Shown here piece by piece: positions 1-9,747 of a stretch of DNA of 64,000 bases (the first letter of the stretch is position 1; each line of letters begins with the position of its first letter). Position numbers and translations under genes: made by a program. The DNA is from an uncultured delta proteobacterium (GTDB lineage: Bacteria > Myxococcota > Myxococcia > Myxococcales > Anaeromyxobacteraceae), in contig CAWFDF010000010.1 of NCBI GenBank assembly GCA_963814585.1, positions 128,001-192,000 of the forward strand, read 5' to 3'. The notes under the pieces were generated by a model. It saw only the letters and a program-made list of their open reading frames with translations, was not told the DNA's origin and did not search any database.

Positions 1-856
1 CTCCGAGACCGGGCTGGCGGTCTCGGCCGGGGTGGCCGAGGTGAAGCTGGCGGCCAAGATCGCCACCGACCTCGGCAAGCCGGACGGGCTGGTGGTGGTC
101 CCGGCCGGCGGGGTCGCGGCCTTCCTGGCGCCGCTGCCGGTGGGGCGGCTCTGGGGCGTGGGCGGCGTCACCGAGGCGGCGCTGCGTCGCATCGGCGTCG
201 CCACCATCGGCGACCTGGCGCGCCTGCCGGAGTCGGCGGTGGGCGCGGCCCTGGGCGCCGACCGGGCGCGGGGCCTGCGGGCGCTGGCGCGGGGCGAGGA
301 CGACCGCGAGGTGGTGCCGGACGAGGCGGCCCGGAGCGTCGGCGGCGAGGAGACCTTCGAGCAGGACCTGGTGGGCGAGGCGGCGCTGGCGCGGGCCCTG
401 CTGCTGCAGGCGGGGCGGGTGGGGCGGCGGCTGCGGTCCGCCGGGCTGCGCGGCCGGATCGTGACGCTCAAGGTGAAGTACGCGGACTTCACGCAGGTGA
501 CCCGGAGGGTGACGCTCCCGGCGGCGACCGACGACGACCGGCTCATCTACCGGACGGCGCGCGACCTGCTGGCCCGCATCGAGGCCGGCCGGCCGGTCCG
601 GCTGGCGGGCGTGACGGTCTCCGGCTTCGGCGAGGAGGGCGAGCCGGAGGCCGGGCAGCTCGACCTCTTCGGTGCCCCCGGCTCCGGCGGGGGCGCCGAG
701 GCCCAGCCGGTGGCGTCGGCGCGTCGGCAGGCGCTCCACGCCGCCCTCGACAGGCTGGCCGACAAGTACGGCGAGCGGACGGTGGCGCCGGCCGACCTGT
801 CCGACCGGGGCGAGGCCGAGCGCTGGCCGGTCCACAGGCGGCGCGACCGGGAGTGA
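1..856 (+). CDS. dinB: DNA polymerase IV (Y-family), 5'-truncated by window edge
   Basis: Open frame from the window start: ETGLAVSAGVAEVKLAAKIATDLGKPDG, LWGVG HhH, little-finger VTLKVKYADF, clamp motif QLDLF at 656-670. Confidence 0.92.
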   Translation, partial: SETGLAVSAGVAEVKLAAKIATDLGKPDGLVVVPAGGVAAFLAPLPVGRLWGVGGVTEAALRRIGVATIGDLARLPESAVGAALGADRARGLRALARGEDDREVVPDEAARSVGGEETFEQDLVGEAALARALLLQAGRVGRRLRSAGLRGRIVTLKVKYADFTQVTRRVTLPAATDDDRLIYRTARDLLARIEAGRPVRLAGVTVSGFGEEGEPEAGQLDLFGAPGSGGGAEAQPVASARRQALHAALDRLADKYGERTVAPADLSDRGEAERWPVHRRRDRE

Positions 857-918
857 CGGGCGGGGCGGCCCCCCGCCGCGGGCTCGAACCCGCCAGGGAC
901 CCTCCCAGGCCGGCCGGG

Positions 919-1152
919 TCAGCCTCGCAGCAGCGACTTCACGTCCTCGGGCGACAGCACCTTGCCGGTCGACCTCACCTGGCCGTCGACCACCAGCGCC
1001 GGCGTCGACATCACCTTGAACTTCATGATCTCGCGGACGTCCTCCACCTTCTCGACCGGGACGCCGAGGCCGAGCTCGGCCACCGCCCTCTCCGCGCTGG
1101 CGGTGAGCTGCTTGCACTTGGCGCAGCCGGTCCCGAGCACCTGGATCCTCAT
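919..1152 (-). CDS. Small thioredoxin-like redox-active disulfide protein (MTH895/ArsE-like), 77 aa
   Basis: MRIQVLGTGCAKCKQL...VMSTPALVVDG; CxxC; RBS GAGGAGG upstream; C-terminal part of the 919..2235 track ORF. Confidence 0.88.
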   Translation of the reverse strand: MRIQVLGTGCAKCKQLTASAERAVAELGLGVPVEKVEDVREIMKFKVMSTPALVVDGQVRSTGKVLSPEDVKSLLRG

Positions 1153-1166
1153 CTCGACCTTCCTCC

Positions 1167-2276
1167 TCACAGCACCGCGTTGAACAGCCAGCCGACCAGC
1201 AGGATGCCGCCGGCCACCACGCCCACGAAGGCAACGATCAGGGGCGGGCGCAGCACCTTGCGCAGGATGATCAGCTCCGGCAGCGACAGGGCGATGACCG
1301 ACATCATGAAGGCCAGCACGGTCCCGAGCGCCGCCCCCTTGCCGAGCAGGGCCTCGACCACCGGGATGATGCCGGCGGCGTTCGAGTACATGGGCACGCC
1401 GATGACCACCGCCAGCGGCACCGACCACCAGGCCGACTTGCCCATGAAGCTGGCGAGCAGCCCCTCCGGCACGTAGCCGTGGATGCCGGCGCCGACGGCG
1501 ATGCCGGCCAGCACCCAGGGCCAGACCTTCCCGACGATCTCCCGCACCGCCTCGAGCCCCTTCTCGACGCGGCCGGAGAAGCCGAGCCGCTCCTTCTCGA
1601 AGGTGGCCTCGGCGCGCATCGACTCGTAGACCCAGGGCTCGACGAAGCGCTCCAGCTTCAGGCGGCCGAGGACGTAGCCGGAGAGGATGGCGATGGCGAG
1701 GCCGGTGCCGAGGTAGAGGGCGGCCACCTTCCAGCCGAACATGCCGAAGAGCAGGACCAGGGCGACCTCGTTCACCATGGGCGCCGAGACCAGGAAGGAG
1801 AGCGTCACGCCGAGCGGGATGCCCACCTCGACGAAGCCGATGAAGAGCGGGACCGCCGAGCAGGAGCAGAAGGGGGTGACGATGCCCAGCAGCGCGGCCA
1901 GGACGTTGCCCACCGACTCGCGCTTCCCCGCCAGGATGGCGCGGGTGCGCTCGGCGGTGAAGAAGGACCGGACGATCCCGACCAGGAAGACGATGAGCGT
2001 GAGGAGGAGCAGCACCTTGGGCGTGTCGTAGAGGAAGAAGGCGACGGCCTCCCCGGCGCGCGAGCCGTGCGCCAGGCCGAGCGCGGTGAAGCTGAGCCAG
2101 TCCGCGAGCGGCTGGATGGCCAGGTAGGCGGCGGCCCAGGCGGCCAGGCCGAGGGCGAGCAGGACGCCCGTCACCACGGCGCGGGAGCGCGGCGGCTCGC
2201 CCGGCTTCACGCCGTCCCACGGGTTGGAGCAGCACGCGGCCGGCTTCACGTCACGCTCGATCACGGGGAGGCTCAT
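1167..2276 (-). CDS. arsP: ArsP/DUF318 family permease (organoarsenical efflux type)
   Basis: TPFCSCSAVP and GVPMYSNAAG motifs, multiple TM segments, ars context. Confidence 0.85.
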   Translation of the reverse strand: MSLPVIERDVKPAACCSNPWDGVKPGEPPRSRAVVTGVLLALGLAAWAAAYLAIQPLADWLSFTALGLAHGSRAGEAVAFFLYDTPKVLLLLTLIVFLVGIVRSFFTAERTRAILAGKRESVGNVLAALLGIVTPFCSCSAVPLFIGFVEVGIPLGVTLSFLVSAPMVNEVALVLLFGMFGWKVAALYLGTGLAIAILSGYVLGRLKLERFVEPWVYESMRAEATFEKERLGFSGRVEKGLEAVREIVGKVWPWVLAGIAVGAGIHGYVPEGLLASFMGKSAWWSVPLAVVIGVPMYSNAAGIIPVVEALLGKGAALGTVLAFMMSVIALSLPELIILRKVLRPPLIVAFVGVVAGGILLVGWLFNAVL

Positions 2277-2316
2277 CGGTCCGGCTTTCACGCTTCGGGT
2301 TCCGTGGAGGCGCCTG

Positions 2317-3018
2317 TCAGGTCGCCGTGGAGAGGAAGTAGATCCCGCCGGCGATGACCGCGACGCCGGCCCCGCCCCTCACCAGCACGGCGGCGCGGGC
2401 CCCGGCCTTCCAGGAGAGCCAGCGCTGGACGTTCTGGGCCGAGGCGCCGGCGACGACGATGGCCACCGAATGGCCCAGGCCGTAGAGGAGGACCAGCAGC
2501 ACGCCGTAGGCGGCCTGGTCGGCGCCGGCGCGGAAGGCCAGCCCGAGCAGCGGCGCCATGAAGGCGAAGGTGCAGGGACCGAGGGCGGCGCCGAACACCA
2601 GCCCCAGGAGGAGCGCTCCTCCTGGACCCTTCCGGCTCGTGCCGGCCGGGAGCGACGACCAGGAGGGCAGCGGCAGGATCCCCAGGAGGTTGAGCCCGAC
2701 CGCGAAGAAGACGGCCGCCAGGGCGTAGGTGATCCACGGGCCGACGTCGCCCGCCATCCGGCCGGCCGCCACGGTGACGGCGCCGATGGCGGCGATGCTG
2801 CCGAGGATGCCGAGCGCGAAGCTGGCCGAGACCACCACCGCGCGGCGACCGGTGGGCAGCTCCTCGCCGCCGCTCATGTAGGCCACCACCAGCGGGATGC
2901 TGGAGAGGTGGCAGGGCGAGAGGACCACCGAGAGCGCACCCCAGAGGAAGGCGGCAGGGAGGGCCAGGGCGGCGGAGGCCTCGAAGGCGCGGCCAAAGGC
3001 GGTGAGCAGCTCGACCAT
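2317..3018 (-). CDS. ccdA: CcdA/DsbD-TM family disulfide electron transporter
   Basis: LSPCHLSSIP and GPCTFAF Pro-Cys pairs in a ~6-TM protein. Confidence 0.85.
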   Translation of the reverse strand: MVELLTAFGRAFEASAALALPAAFLWGALSVVLSPCHLSSIPLVVAYMSGGEELPTGRRAVVVSASFALGILGSIAAIGAVTVAAGRMAGDVGPWITYALAAVFFAVGLNLLGILPLPSWSSLPAGTSRKGPGGALLLGLVFGAALGPCTFAFMAPLLGLAFRAGADQAAYGVLLVLLYGLGHSVAIVVAGASAQNVQRWLSWKAGARAAVLVRGGAGVAVIAGGIYFLSTAT

Positions 3019-3025
3019 GGCGCCC

Positions 3026-3439
3026 CTAGAAGCTCACGCCGACGGCCTTCCACCGGGCCAGGATCTCGTCCTTGCCCATGAAGCCCTCGTGGCGCGCCAG
3101 CTCCCGTCCGTCGGCGCCGTAGAAGATCTGCGTCGGGATCATGCGGATGCCGTAGGGCCTGCCCGCGTCGGGGTCTTGCCAGACGTCGACGAACAGGACC
3201 TCCATGCGGCCGGCGTACTCGGCCTTCAGCCCCTCCAGGATCGGCGCCATGGCCTTGCAGGGGATGCACTTGCCGGCCCCCACGTCCACCAGCCGCGGGA
3301 TGGGAGCGGCGGAGGTCGCCGGCGCAGACGGCCGGGCCTGTTCGGAGGCCTGGCCGGGGATCGCCGTGCAGGCCAGCCCGGCGCCGAGCAGCGCTGCGGC
3401 GGCAACCGAGAGCGGCACCCCCATCGTCTTCCCGTCCAT
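3026..3439 (-). CDS. Exported thioredoxin-family protein
   Basis: Hydrophobic N-terminal leader ending in LAC; GAGKCIPCKAM active site; IPTQIF cis-Pro motif. Confidence 0.85.
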   Translation of the reverse strand: MDGKTMGVPLSVAAAALLGAGLACTAIPGQASEQARPSAPATSAAPIPRLVDVGAGKCIPCKAMAPILEGLKAEYAGRMEVLFVDVWQDPDAGRPYGIRMIPTQIFYGADGRELARHEGFMGKDEILARWKAVGVSF

Positions 3440-3468
3440 GGCGTCGCACCTCCGTCGCGGAACGGGCG

Positions 3469-3492
3469 GCTTATCGCACGATGACGATGAGC
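3469..3492. promoter_or_regulatory. Imperfect inverted repeat, candidate ArsR operator for the divergent thioredoxin-ccdA-arsP operon
   Basis: GCTTATCG-N8-CGATGAGC between the divergent ars units; a second palindrome CTTCTA-TCG-TAGAAG at 3582-3596 precedes arsR. Confidence 0.4.
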
Positions 3493-3602
3493 AGGCAAGC
3501 CGGCGGGGTGGGGTCGATTGTCACATCCGGCCCGCCGTGACGCTGGCGTGACCGCCTCGGCTCCCCGTTGCGGTCGATGCTCTTCTATCGTAGAAGCCCT
3601 TC

Positions 3603-3953
3603 ATGACCGTGGCCCTCAGGAAGGATCGCTGCGCGCCGGTGACGGTGTCCCGGGAAGAGCCAGACCTGCGCCCCGTCGAAGGCGGGGGGGCCGACGACGA
3701 GCTGGCGGCCCTGGCCAAGGCCCTGGGGCATCCGGCTCGCGTCCAGATCATGCGGCTGCTGGTCCGGCGCGACGCCTGCATCTGCGGCGACATCGTCGAC
3801 GAGCTGCCGCTGGCCCAGTCCACGGTCTCGCAGCACCTCAAGGTGCTGAAGGAGGCCGGGCTGGTCAAGGGCGAGATCGACGGCCCGCGGGTCTGCTACT
3901 GCGTCGAGCCGAGCGCCCTGCGCCGCCTCAAGGCGCTGGTCGGCAGCCTCTAG
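3603..3953 (+). CDS. arsR: ArsR/SmtB family arsenic-responsive repressor
   Basis: [41 protein letters not shown]. Confidence 0.9.
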   Translation: MTVALRKDRCAPVTVSREEPDLRPVEGGGADDELAALAKALGHPARVQIMRLLVRRDACICGDIVDELPLAQSTVSQHLKVLKEAGLVKGEIDGPRVCYCVEPSALRRLKALVGSL

Positions 3954-3962
3954 GAGCCCGCC

Positions 3963-5090
3963 GTGACCCAGCCCGCCAGCGTCGCCCGCCGCCTCTCCTT
4001 CCTCGACCGCTACCTGACGCTCTGGATCTTCGCCGCCATGGGCGCCGGCATCGCGCTCGGCTTCCTCGTGCCGGGCGTGAACCAGGCCCTGGACCGGCTG
4101 TCGGTCGGGACCACGTCGATCCCCATCGCCGTCGGCCTGGTCCTGATGATGTACCCGCCGCTCGCCAAGGTCCGCTACGAGGAGCTGCCGCGGGTGCTGA
4201 AGGACGGGCGCGTCCTCACCCTCTCGCTGGTGCAGAACTGGATCGTCGGGCCGCTGCTGATGTTCCTGCTGGCGGTGGTCTTCCTGCGCGACAAGCCCGA
4301 GTACATGGTCGGGCTCATCCTCATCGGCCTGGCCCGCTGCATCGCCATGGTCATCGTCTGGAACGACCTGGCCGGCGGCGACACCGAGTACTGCGCCGGG
4401 CTGGTGGCCTTCAACTCGGTCTTCCAGGTGCTCTTCTTCTCGGTCTACGCCTGGGTCTTCATCACCGTGCTGCCGGGCTGGCTCGGGCTGCAGGGGGCCG
4501 AGGTGCACATCACCATCGGGGAGATCGCCTAGAGCGTCTTCATCTACCTCGGCATCCCCTTCCTGGCCGGCATCGCCAGCCGCTTCGGCCTGCGGGCGCT
4601 GAAGGGGGAGGACTGGTACCGCAAGGTCTTCATCCCGCGCATCTCGCCCATCACGCTCGTCGCCCTGCTCTTCACCATCGTGGTGATGTTCTCGCTCAAG
4701 GGCGAGACCATCGTGCAGCTCCCCTTCGACGTGGTGCGCATCGCCATCCCGCTGCTCGTCTACTTCGTGGTGATGTTCTTCGTCTCCTTCTTCATGAGCC
4801 GCAGGCTGGGGGCCAGCTACGGCCAGACCGCCACGCTCTCCTTCACGGCCTCGTCGAACAACTTCGAGCTGGCCATCGCGGTGGCGGTCGCCACCTTCGG
4901 CATGAACCACGGCGCCGCCTTCGCGGCCGTCATCGGGCCGCTGGTCGAGGTCCCGGTGCTCATCGGCCTCGTCAACGTGGCGCTGCGGCTGCGCGACCGC
5001 TGGTTCCCGGGCGAGGCGGCCCGCCTCGAGGCGCTGAGGAACTGCGTCGGCGACTTCCCGGCGCCTCCGGCCAACCGGAGGCAGGCATGA
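3963..5090 (+). pseudogene. acr3: Acr3 arsenite efflux transporter interrupted by an in-frame TAG at 4530-4532 (pseudogene, read-through or base error)
   Basis: [29 protein letters not shown], then [13 protein letters not shown] continuing in the same frame to [11 protein letters not shown] and GPLVEVPVL. Confidence 0.85.
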
Positions 5091-5539
5091 GCGGAGCGTC
5101 ATGGCAGTCCGAGGCCGCGGAGCTCCAGGCGCTCGCTCCGAGGCACCTCCTCTTCCTCTGCGTCGCCAACTCGGCGCGCAGCCAGATGGCCGAGGGCATC
5201 GCGCGGTCGCTCGCCCCGGCGGGCGTGAAGATCTCGTCGGCCGGCTCAGCGCCATCGCGCCTCAACCCGCTGGCGGTCCGGGCACTCGCGGAGATCGGCC
5301 TCGACATCAGCGGCCACTTCTCCAAGAGCGTGAACGAGATCCCGCCCGACGGCGTCGAGGCGGTCATCACGCTCTGTGCCGAGGAGGTCTGCCCGGTCTT
5401 CCTCGGGAAGGCGCGCCGCATCCACTGGGGTCTCCCCGATCCGGCCGGCCGTGGGGCCACCGAGGCCGAGCAGCTCCAGTCCTTCCGTGACGTCCGCGAC
5501 GAGCTCAGGCGGCGGCTCTCCGTGGTCTTCGCGCGCTGA
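5087..5539 (+). CDS. arsC: Thioredoxin-dependent arsenate reductase (LMW-PTP fold)
   Basis: [16 protein letters not shown]-loop, TLCAEEVCP resolving cysteines, [11 protein letters not shown] overlap with the acr3 stop. Confidence 0.9.
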   Translation: MSGASWQSEAAELQALAPRHLLFLCVANSARSQMAEGIARSLAPAGVKISSAGSAPSRLNPLAVRALAEIGLDISGHFSKSVNEIPPDGVEAVITLCAEEVCPVFLGKARRIHWGLPDPAGRGATEAEQLQSFRDVRDELRRRLSVVFAR

Positions 5540-5555
5540 ACGAGGAGAGGTCGCC

Positions 5556-6209
5556 ATGCCCACCATCCAGGTCTTCGATCCCGCCATGTGCTGCTCCACC
5601 GGCGTCTGCGGTCCCGAGGTGGACCCGGCGCTGGTCCGCTTCGCGGCGGACCTCGAGTGGTTGAAGGAGAACGGCGTGAACGTGGAGCGCTTCAACCTCT
5701 CCCAGGAGCCGGCCGCCTTCGTCGCCAACCCGGAGGTGGTCGCCGCCATGCGCGGACACGACGACGCCCTGCCGCTGCTGCTCCTCGACGGGAAGATCGT
5801 GGCGCAGGGCACCTACCCGGAGCGAGCGGCGCTGGCCGGCCTGGTTGGCGTTGCGGCGCCCAGGAGCATCTACTCGGAGGACGTGGCGGAGCTGGTGGCC
5901 ATCGGCGCCGCCATCGCCTCCAACTGCGAGCCCTGCTTCCGGTTCCACTACGACAAGGCCCGCAAGCTCGGGGTGTCGAAGCAGGACATGGCGCTCGCGG
6001 TCACGACTGCGAAGATGGTGAAGGAGTCGCCGGCACGAGCCGTCGTCGCCCTGGCCGAGAAGTACCTCGGCGCGAAGATCGCCACCAAGGAGGGCCCGGA
6101 CGCCTGCAAGCCAGCGACGGAGGCGGCGGCCTCGGCCTGCTGCCCGCCCGCGGAGGCGGCTCCAGTCAGCCTCGGGAAGCCCGGCGGCGCGCCCAAGAAG
6201 TGCTGCTGA
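5556..6209 (+). CDS. arsD: ArsD metallochaperone fused to an AhpD/CMD-like domain with a Cys-pair tail, 217 aa
   Basis: MPTIQVFDPAMCCSTGVCG (ArsD triad), then ELVAIGAAIASNCEPCFRFH (CMD/AhpD), tail ACCPP...KKCC; RBS GAGGAG. Confidence 0.85.
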   Translation: MPTIQVFDPAMCCSTGVCGPEVDPALVRFAADLEWLKENGVNVERFNLSQEPAAFVANPEVVAAMRGHDDALPLLLLDGKIVAQGTYPERAALAGLVGVAAPRSIYSEDVAELVAIGAAIASNCEPCFRFHYDKARKLGVSKQDMALAVTTAKMVKESPARAVVALAEKYLGAKIATKEGPDACKPATEAAASACCPPAEAAPVSLGKPGGAPKKCC

Positions 6210-6217
6210 GGACCGGG

Positions 6218-8028
6218 ATGGACCTCGCCCAGGACGCCACCCGCCACCTCTTCTTCACCGGCAAGGGGGGTGTCGGGAAGACCTCGATCGCCTGTGCCAC
6301 GGCGGTCCGCCTCGCCGACCAGGGCCGGCGCGTCCTGCTGGTCTCGCACCGATCCGGCCTCCAACCTCGACGAGGTGCTGGGCGCGCCGCTCGGGACCAG
6401 CCCCACGGCGGTGCCGGGAGTACCCGGTCTCTCCGCGCTCAACCTCGACCCGGAGGCGTCGGCGCGCGCCTACCGCGAGCGGGTGGTCGGACCGTACCGC
6501 GACCTCCTCCCGCCCGCGGCCGTCCGCAGCATGGAGGAGCAGCTCTCGGGGGCCTGCACGGTGGAGATCGCCGCCTTCGACGAGTTCGCCCGGCTGCTGG
6601 GCGACCCGTCGGCGACGGCCGCCTTCGACCACGTCCTCTTCGACACCGCGCCCACCGGCCACACCCTGCGGCTGCTCACGCTCCCCTCGGCCTGGACCGG
6701 CTTCGTGGACGGGAACGCCCTCGGCACCAGCCTGCCTCGGGCCGCTGTCGGGGCTGGAGAAGCAGCGCGCGCTCTATGAGGCCACGGTGAAGGCGCTCTG
6801 CCGACCCGGCCACGCACCACCATGGTGCTGGTGGCGCGTCCCGAGACCGCCGCGCTCGCCGAGGCGGCCCGGACCAGCGGCGAGCTCGCCGCCCTGGGCG
6901 TCGCGCAGCCATCCGGCTCGTCGTGAACGGGGTGTTCGAGGCGCAGCGGCTCGACGATCCGGTCGCCGCTGGCCATGGCCGGCCGGGGCTCGCGCCGCGC
7001 TCGACGCCATGCCGGCGGCGCTGCCGGTCGCTGCCCGCGCACCTCGGTGCCGCTGCGGCCGGCCGCGCTCATCGGCATCGCCTGCCCTGCGGCCAGCTCG
7101 ACCACCGCCTCCAGCCCGGCGCGCAGCCGAGGCGGCGCCCTCCCGGTGGAGCCGACCCTGGCGGCCATGATCGACGTGCTCGCCACGCAGCGGCCGTGGC
7201 GTCATCATGACCATGGGCAAGGGTGGCGTCGGCAAGACCACCATCGCCGCTGCCATCGCCGTCGAGCTGGCGCGGCGCGGCCTGCGCGTCCACCTCAGCA
7301 CCACCGATCCAGCTGCTCACGTGGCCGCTGCCGTGGGCGAACCGCCGCCCGGCCTCTCCGTGAGCCGCATCGACCCGGCTGCCGAGACGGCTGCCTACAC
7401 GGCGGAGGTCCTCGGCTCGGTCGGCCCGGGCTCGACGCCAGGGGACGCGCCCTGCTGGAGGAAGACCTCCGGTCGCCCTGCACCGAGGAGATCGCCGTCT
7501 TCCGGGCCTTCGCACGCACGGTGGCGGCCGGCGCAGACGACCTGGTGGTGCTCGACACCGCTCCCACCGGCCACACCATCCTGCTGCTCGACGCCGCCGA
7601 GTCCTACCACCGCGAGGTGCTGCGCCAGGGCAGCCGGATGCCGGAGTCGGTGCGCCAGCTGCTGCCCCGCCTGCGCGACCCGGCCTTCACGCGCGTGCTC
7701 CTGGTGACGCTGCCCAGAGGCCACGCCGGTGCACGAGGCCCGCGCGCTCCAGGCCGACCTGGCCCGGGCCGCCATCGCCCCGTTCGGCTGGATCGTCAAC
7801 CAGAGCCTCGCGACCGTGGTCACCACCGATCCGGTCCTGGTGGCCCGCCGCGCCGCCGAGCGGCCGTACCTGGACGAGGTGCGGGGGATCACCACACGGC
7901 TGGCCGTCGTCCCCTGGGTGCCGGAGGCGCCGAGCGGCGCCAGGGGGCTGGAGGCCCTGGTGCACCCGCTGGAGGCCACGACTCCGGGGCGGGGCGCTAG
8001 GGAAGGCCGGCCACGATCTTCTCCGTGA
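6218..8028 (+). pseudogene. arsA: ArsA arsenite-stimulated ATPase with multiple frameshifts (decay or assembly error)
   Basis: Two nucleotide-binding halves (GKGGVGKT twice, DTAPTGH twice), EEQLSGACTVEI, LRSPCTEEI, WIVNQSL, spread over different frames. Confidence 0.85.
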
Positions 8029-8917
8029 CCTCCCAGAGCCGCCTCGCCGCCGCCGGGTCGTCGGCGTCGGCGCGAGGCCGGGCGACGTTGCAGTCGGCGA
8101 AGTAGGCGCCCGAGGAGGCTGCCACCGCCGGGTGCACCGCCACGTAGACCTGGGTGGCCGCGCCCTGCGCCGCGGTCTTGAGGACCAGCGGACCGACCAG
8201 GCCCATGGCGAAGCTGGCGATCCCGGGGACGTGCCGCCAGAGGTTGCTCATGATGACGCCGGGGTGCACGGCATTGGCGGTCCGCCTCGTCCCGGCGAGG
8301 CGGCGCGCCAGCTCCTTGGCGAAGAGCAGGTTGGCCAGCTTCGACTGGCCGTAGTGGCCCCACGGCGTGTAGCCGTGTTCGGCGGCGAGGTCGTCGAAGA
8401 GGATGCCGGCCCGGGGCGCCATGTTGTGGGCGCCGCTGCTCAGCATGACGACGCGGCCATCCTCCGCCAGCCGGTCGAGCAGGCCGGTGACGAGGATGAA
8501 GTGGCCGACGTGGTTGGTGAGGAGCTGCAGCTCGACGCCGAAGGCCTGCTCGCGCCTCGGCGGCGCCATGATCCCGGCGTTGCAGACGAGGGCGTCGAGC
8601 GAGAAGCCGCCGCGCCTCACCGCCTCGACGCAGGCCCGCACGCTGGCCGGGTCGGAGAGCTCGCACGCCAGCGGCACGGCCCGCCCGCCGGCCCCGGCGC
8701 ACGCCGACCGCGCCTTCTCCAGGGTCCGCGCCGTGCCGAGCACCGTGGCGCCGCGCATCGTGAGCACCCGCAGGGACTCGAGCCCGAGCCCGGAGCTGCA
8801 GCCGGTGACGAGGACGGTCTTCCCCTCCAGGGAGAGCCCCGCGGTGACCTCCTCGGCGGTGGAGCCGTAGCCGAAGCCGCTCGGCCCCTTCCCCTTGAGG
8901 TGCTGGTACAGCGACAT
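7997..8917 (-). CDS. Short-chain dehydrogenase/reductase (retinol-DH/WWOX-like)
   Basis: VTGCSSGLG, CNAGIM, YGQSK catalytic YxxxK, VHPG; RBS AAGGAGGAG. Confidence 0.88.
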   Translation of the reverse strand: MSLYQHLKGKGPSGFGYGSTAEEVTAGLSLEGKTVLVTGCSSGLGLESLRVLTMRGATVLGTARTLEKARSACAGAGGRAVPLACELSDPASVRACVEAVRRGGFSLDALVCNAGIMAPPRREQAFGVELQLLTNHVGHFILVTGLLDRLAEDGRVVMLSSGAHNMAPRAGILFDDLAAEHGYTPWGHYGQSKLANLLFAKELARRLAGTRRTANAVHPGVIMSNLWRHVPGIASFAMGLVGPLVLKTAAQGAATQVYVAVHPAVAASSGAYFADCNVARPRADADDPAAARRLWEVTEKIVAGLP

Positions 8918-9140
8918 GTGCTCCTCCTTGGCCCGAGGGCCGGCACCGGCCCGGGGGCACGGTCCCCCTTCCGACGGCGCCAGGTGATACTTCGGCTCAA
9001 CTCGCCGCGCCACCAGAGGGTCCTCGAACACCCGCCTCCCGGGAGTCATCGGCGGTATCCTGGGGCCATTTCCTGGACTCCCATCCCGCCACCCCTTATC
9101 CATGAGTTGAATCCATCGAACCCGGAACAGGTGACTCCGC

Positions 9141-9344
9141 GTGACCGAGCTGCTCTCAGCCCTGAAGACCATGGGCGTCGTCCTGGGGATCTGGACGCTG
9201 GTCTCGGTCGTGGGAGCGCTGCTGCTGATCCCCTGGTTCCGGGCCCGGGCCCGCGCCAACGAGGCGCTCGCGCGGCGCGATCGGAGCGCCGACTGGGCCA
9301 GCGCCGCCCACCCGGACGACGGGCGCAAGATCGCCGACCGCTGA
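9141..9344 (+). CDS. Small single-TM hypothetical protein, 67 aa
   Basis: One hydrophobic segment followed by a charged tail; plausible codon usage. Confidence 0.5.
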   Translation: MTELLSALKTMGVVLGIWTLVSVVGALLLIPWFRARARANEALARRDRSADWASAAHPDDGRKIADR

Positions 9345-9363
9345 ACCCGGATCGGCCGCCCCG

Positions 9364-9747
9364 TCAGTGCCGGAGCGGCGGATCGCCGGCCGCGGTCCTC
9401 ACCCGGGCCAGGATCCCGTCGAGCTTCACCTCGGCCTTGGGGATGTACCCCTGCACGCCCAGCAGCTCGGCCTCCCACTCGTAGCCGTAGGCGGAGAGGA
9501 TCAGCACCGGGATCCCGGCCCAGCGAGGCTCGGCGCGCATCCGCTCGATCACGCCCCAGCCGTCGATGCCCGGCATCTTCAGGTCGAGCAGCACCAGGCC
9601 GGGCGCCTCGCCCTCCAGCCGGAGCAGCGCGTCCTCGCCGCTGGCGGCCTGCTCGACCGGGTAGCCGGCCTGTGCCAGCACCTCGCAGAGCGCGGTCCGG
9701 AAGTCCTCGTCGTCGTCCACCACCAGGATGTACTGGCCCGGCGTCAT
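9364..9747 (-). CDS. Single-domain response regulator (CheY-like)
   Basis: ILVVDDDED, LLDLKMPGIDG, ILSA, YIPK; ATGA overlap with the upstream DHH gene. Confidence 0.9.
   Translation of the reverse strand: MTPGQYILVVDDDEDFRTALCEVLAQAGYPVEQAASGEDALLRLEGEAPGLVLLDLKMPGIDGWGVIERMRAEPRWAGIPVLILSAYGYEWEAELLGVQGYIPKAEVKLDGILARVRTAAGDPPLRH

Noticed and set aside
878..893. GCGGGTTCGAGCCCGC (minus strand) resembling a tRNA T-arm or att site at the edge of the ars island
   Set aside because: Loop is 6 nt, there is no acceptor, D or anticodon arm and no integrase; more likely a hairpin between convergent genes
4530..4532. Genome-wide TAG reassignment
   Set aside because: TAG ends many genes at the expected C-termini in this window
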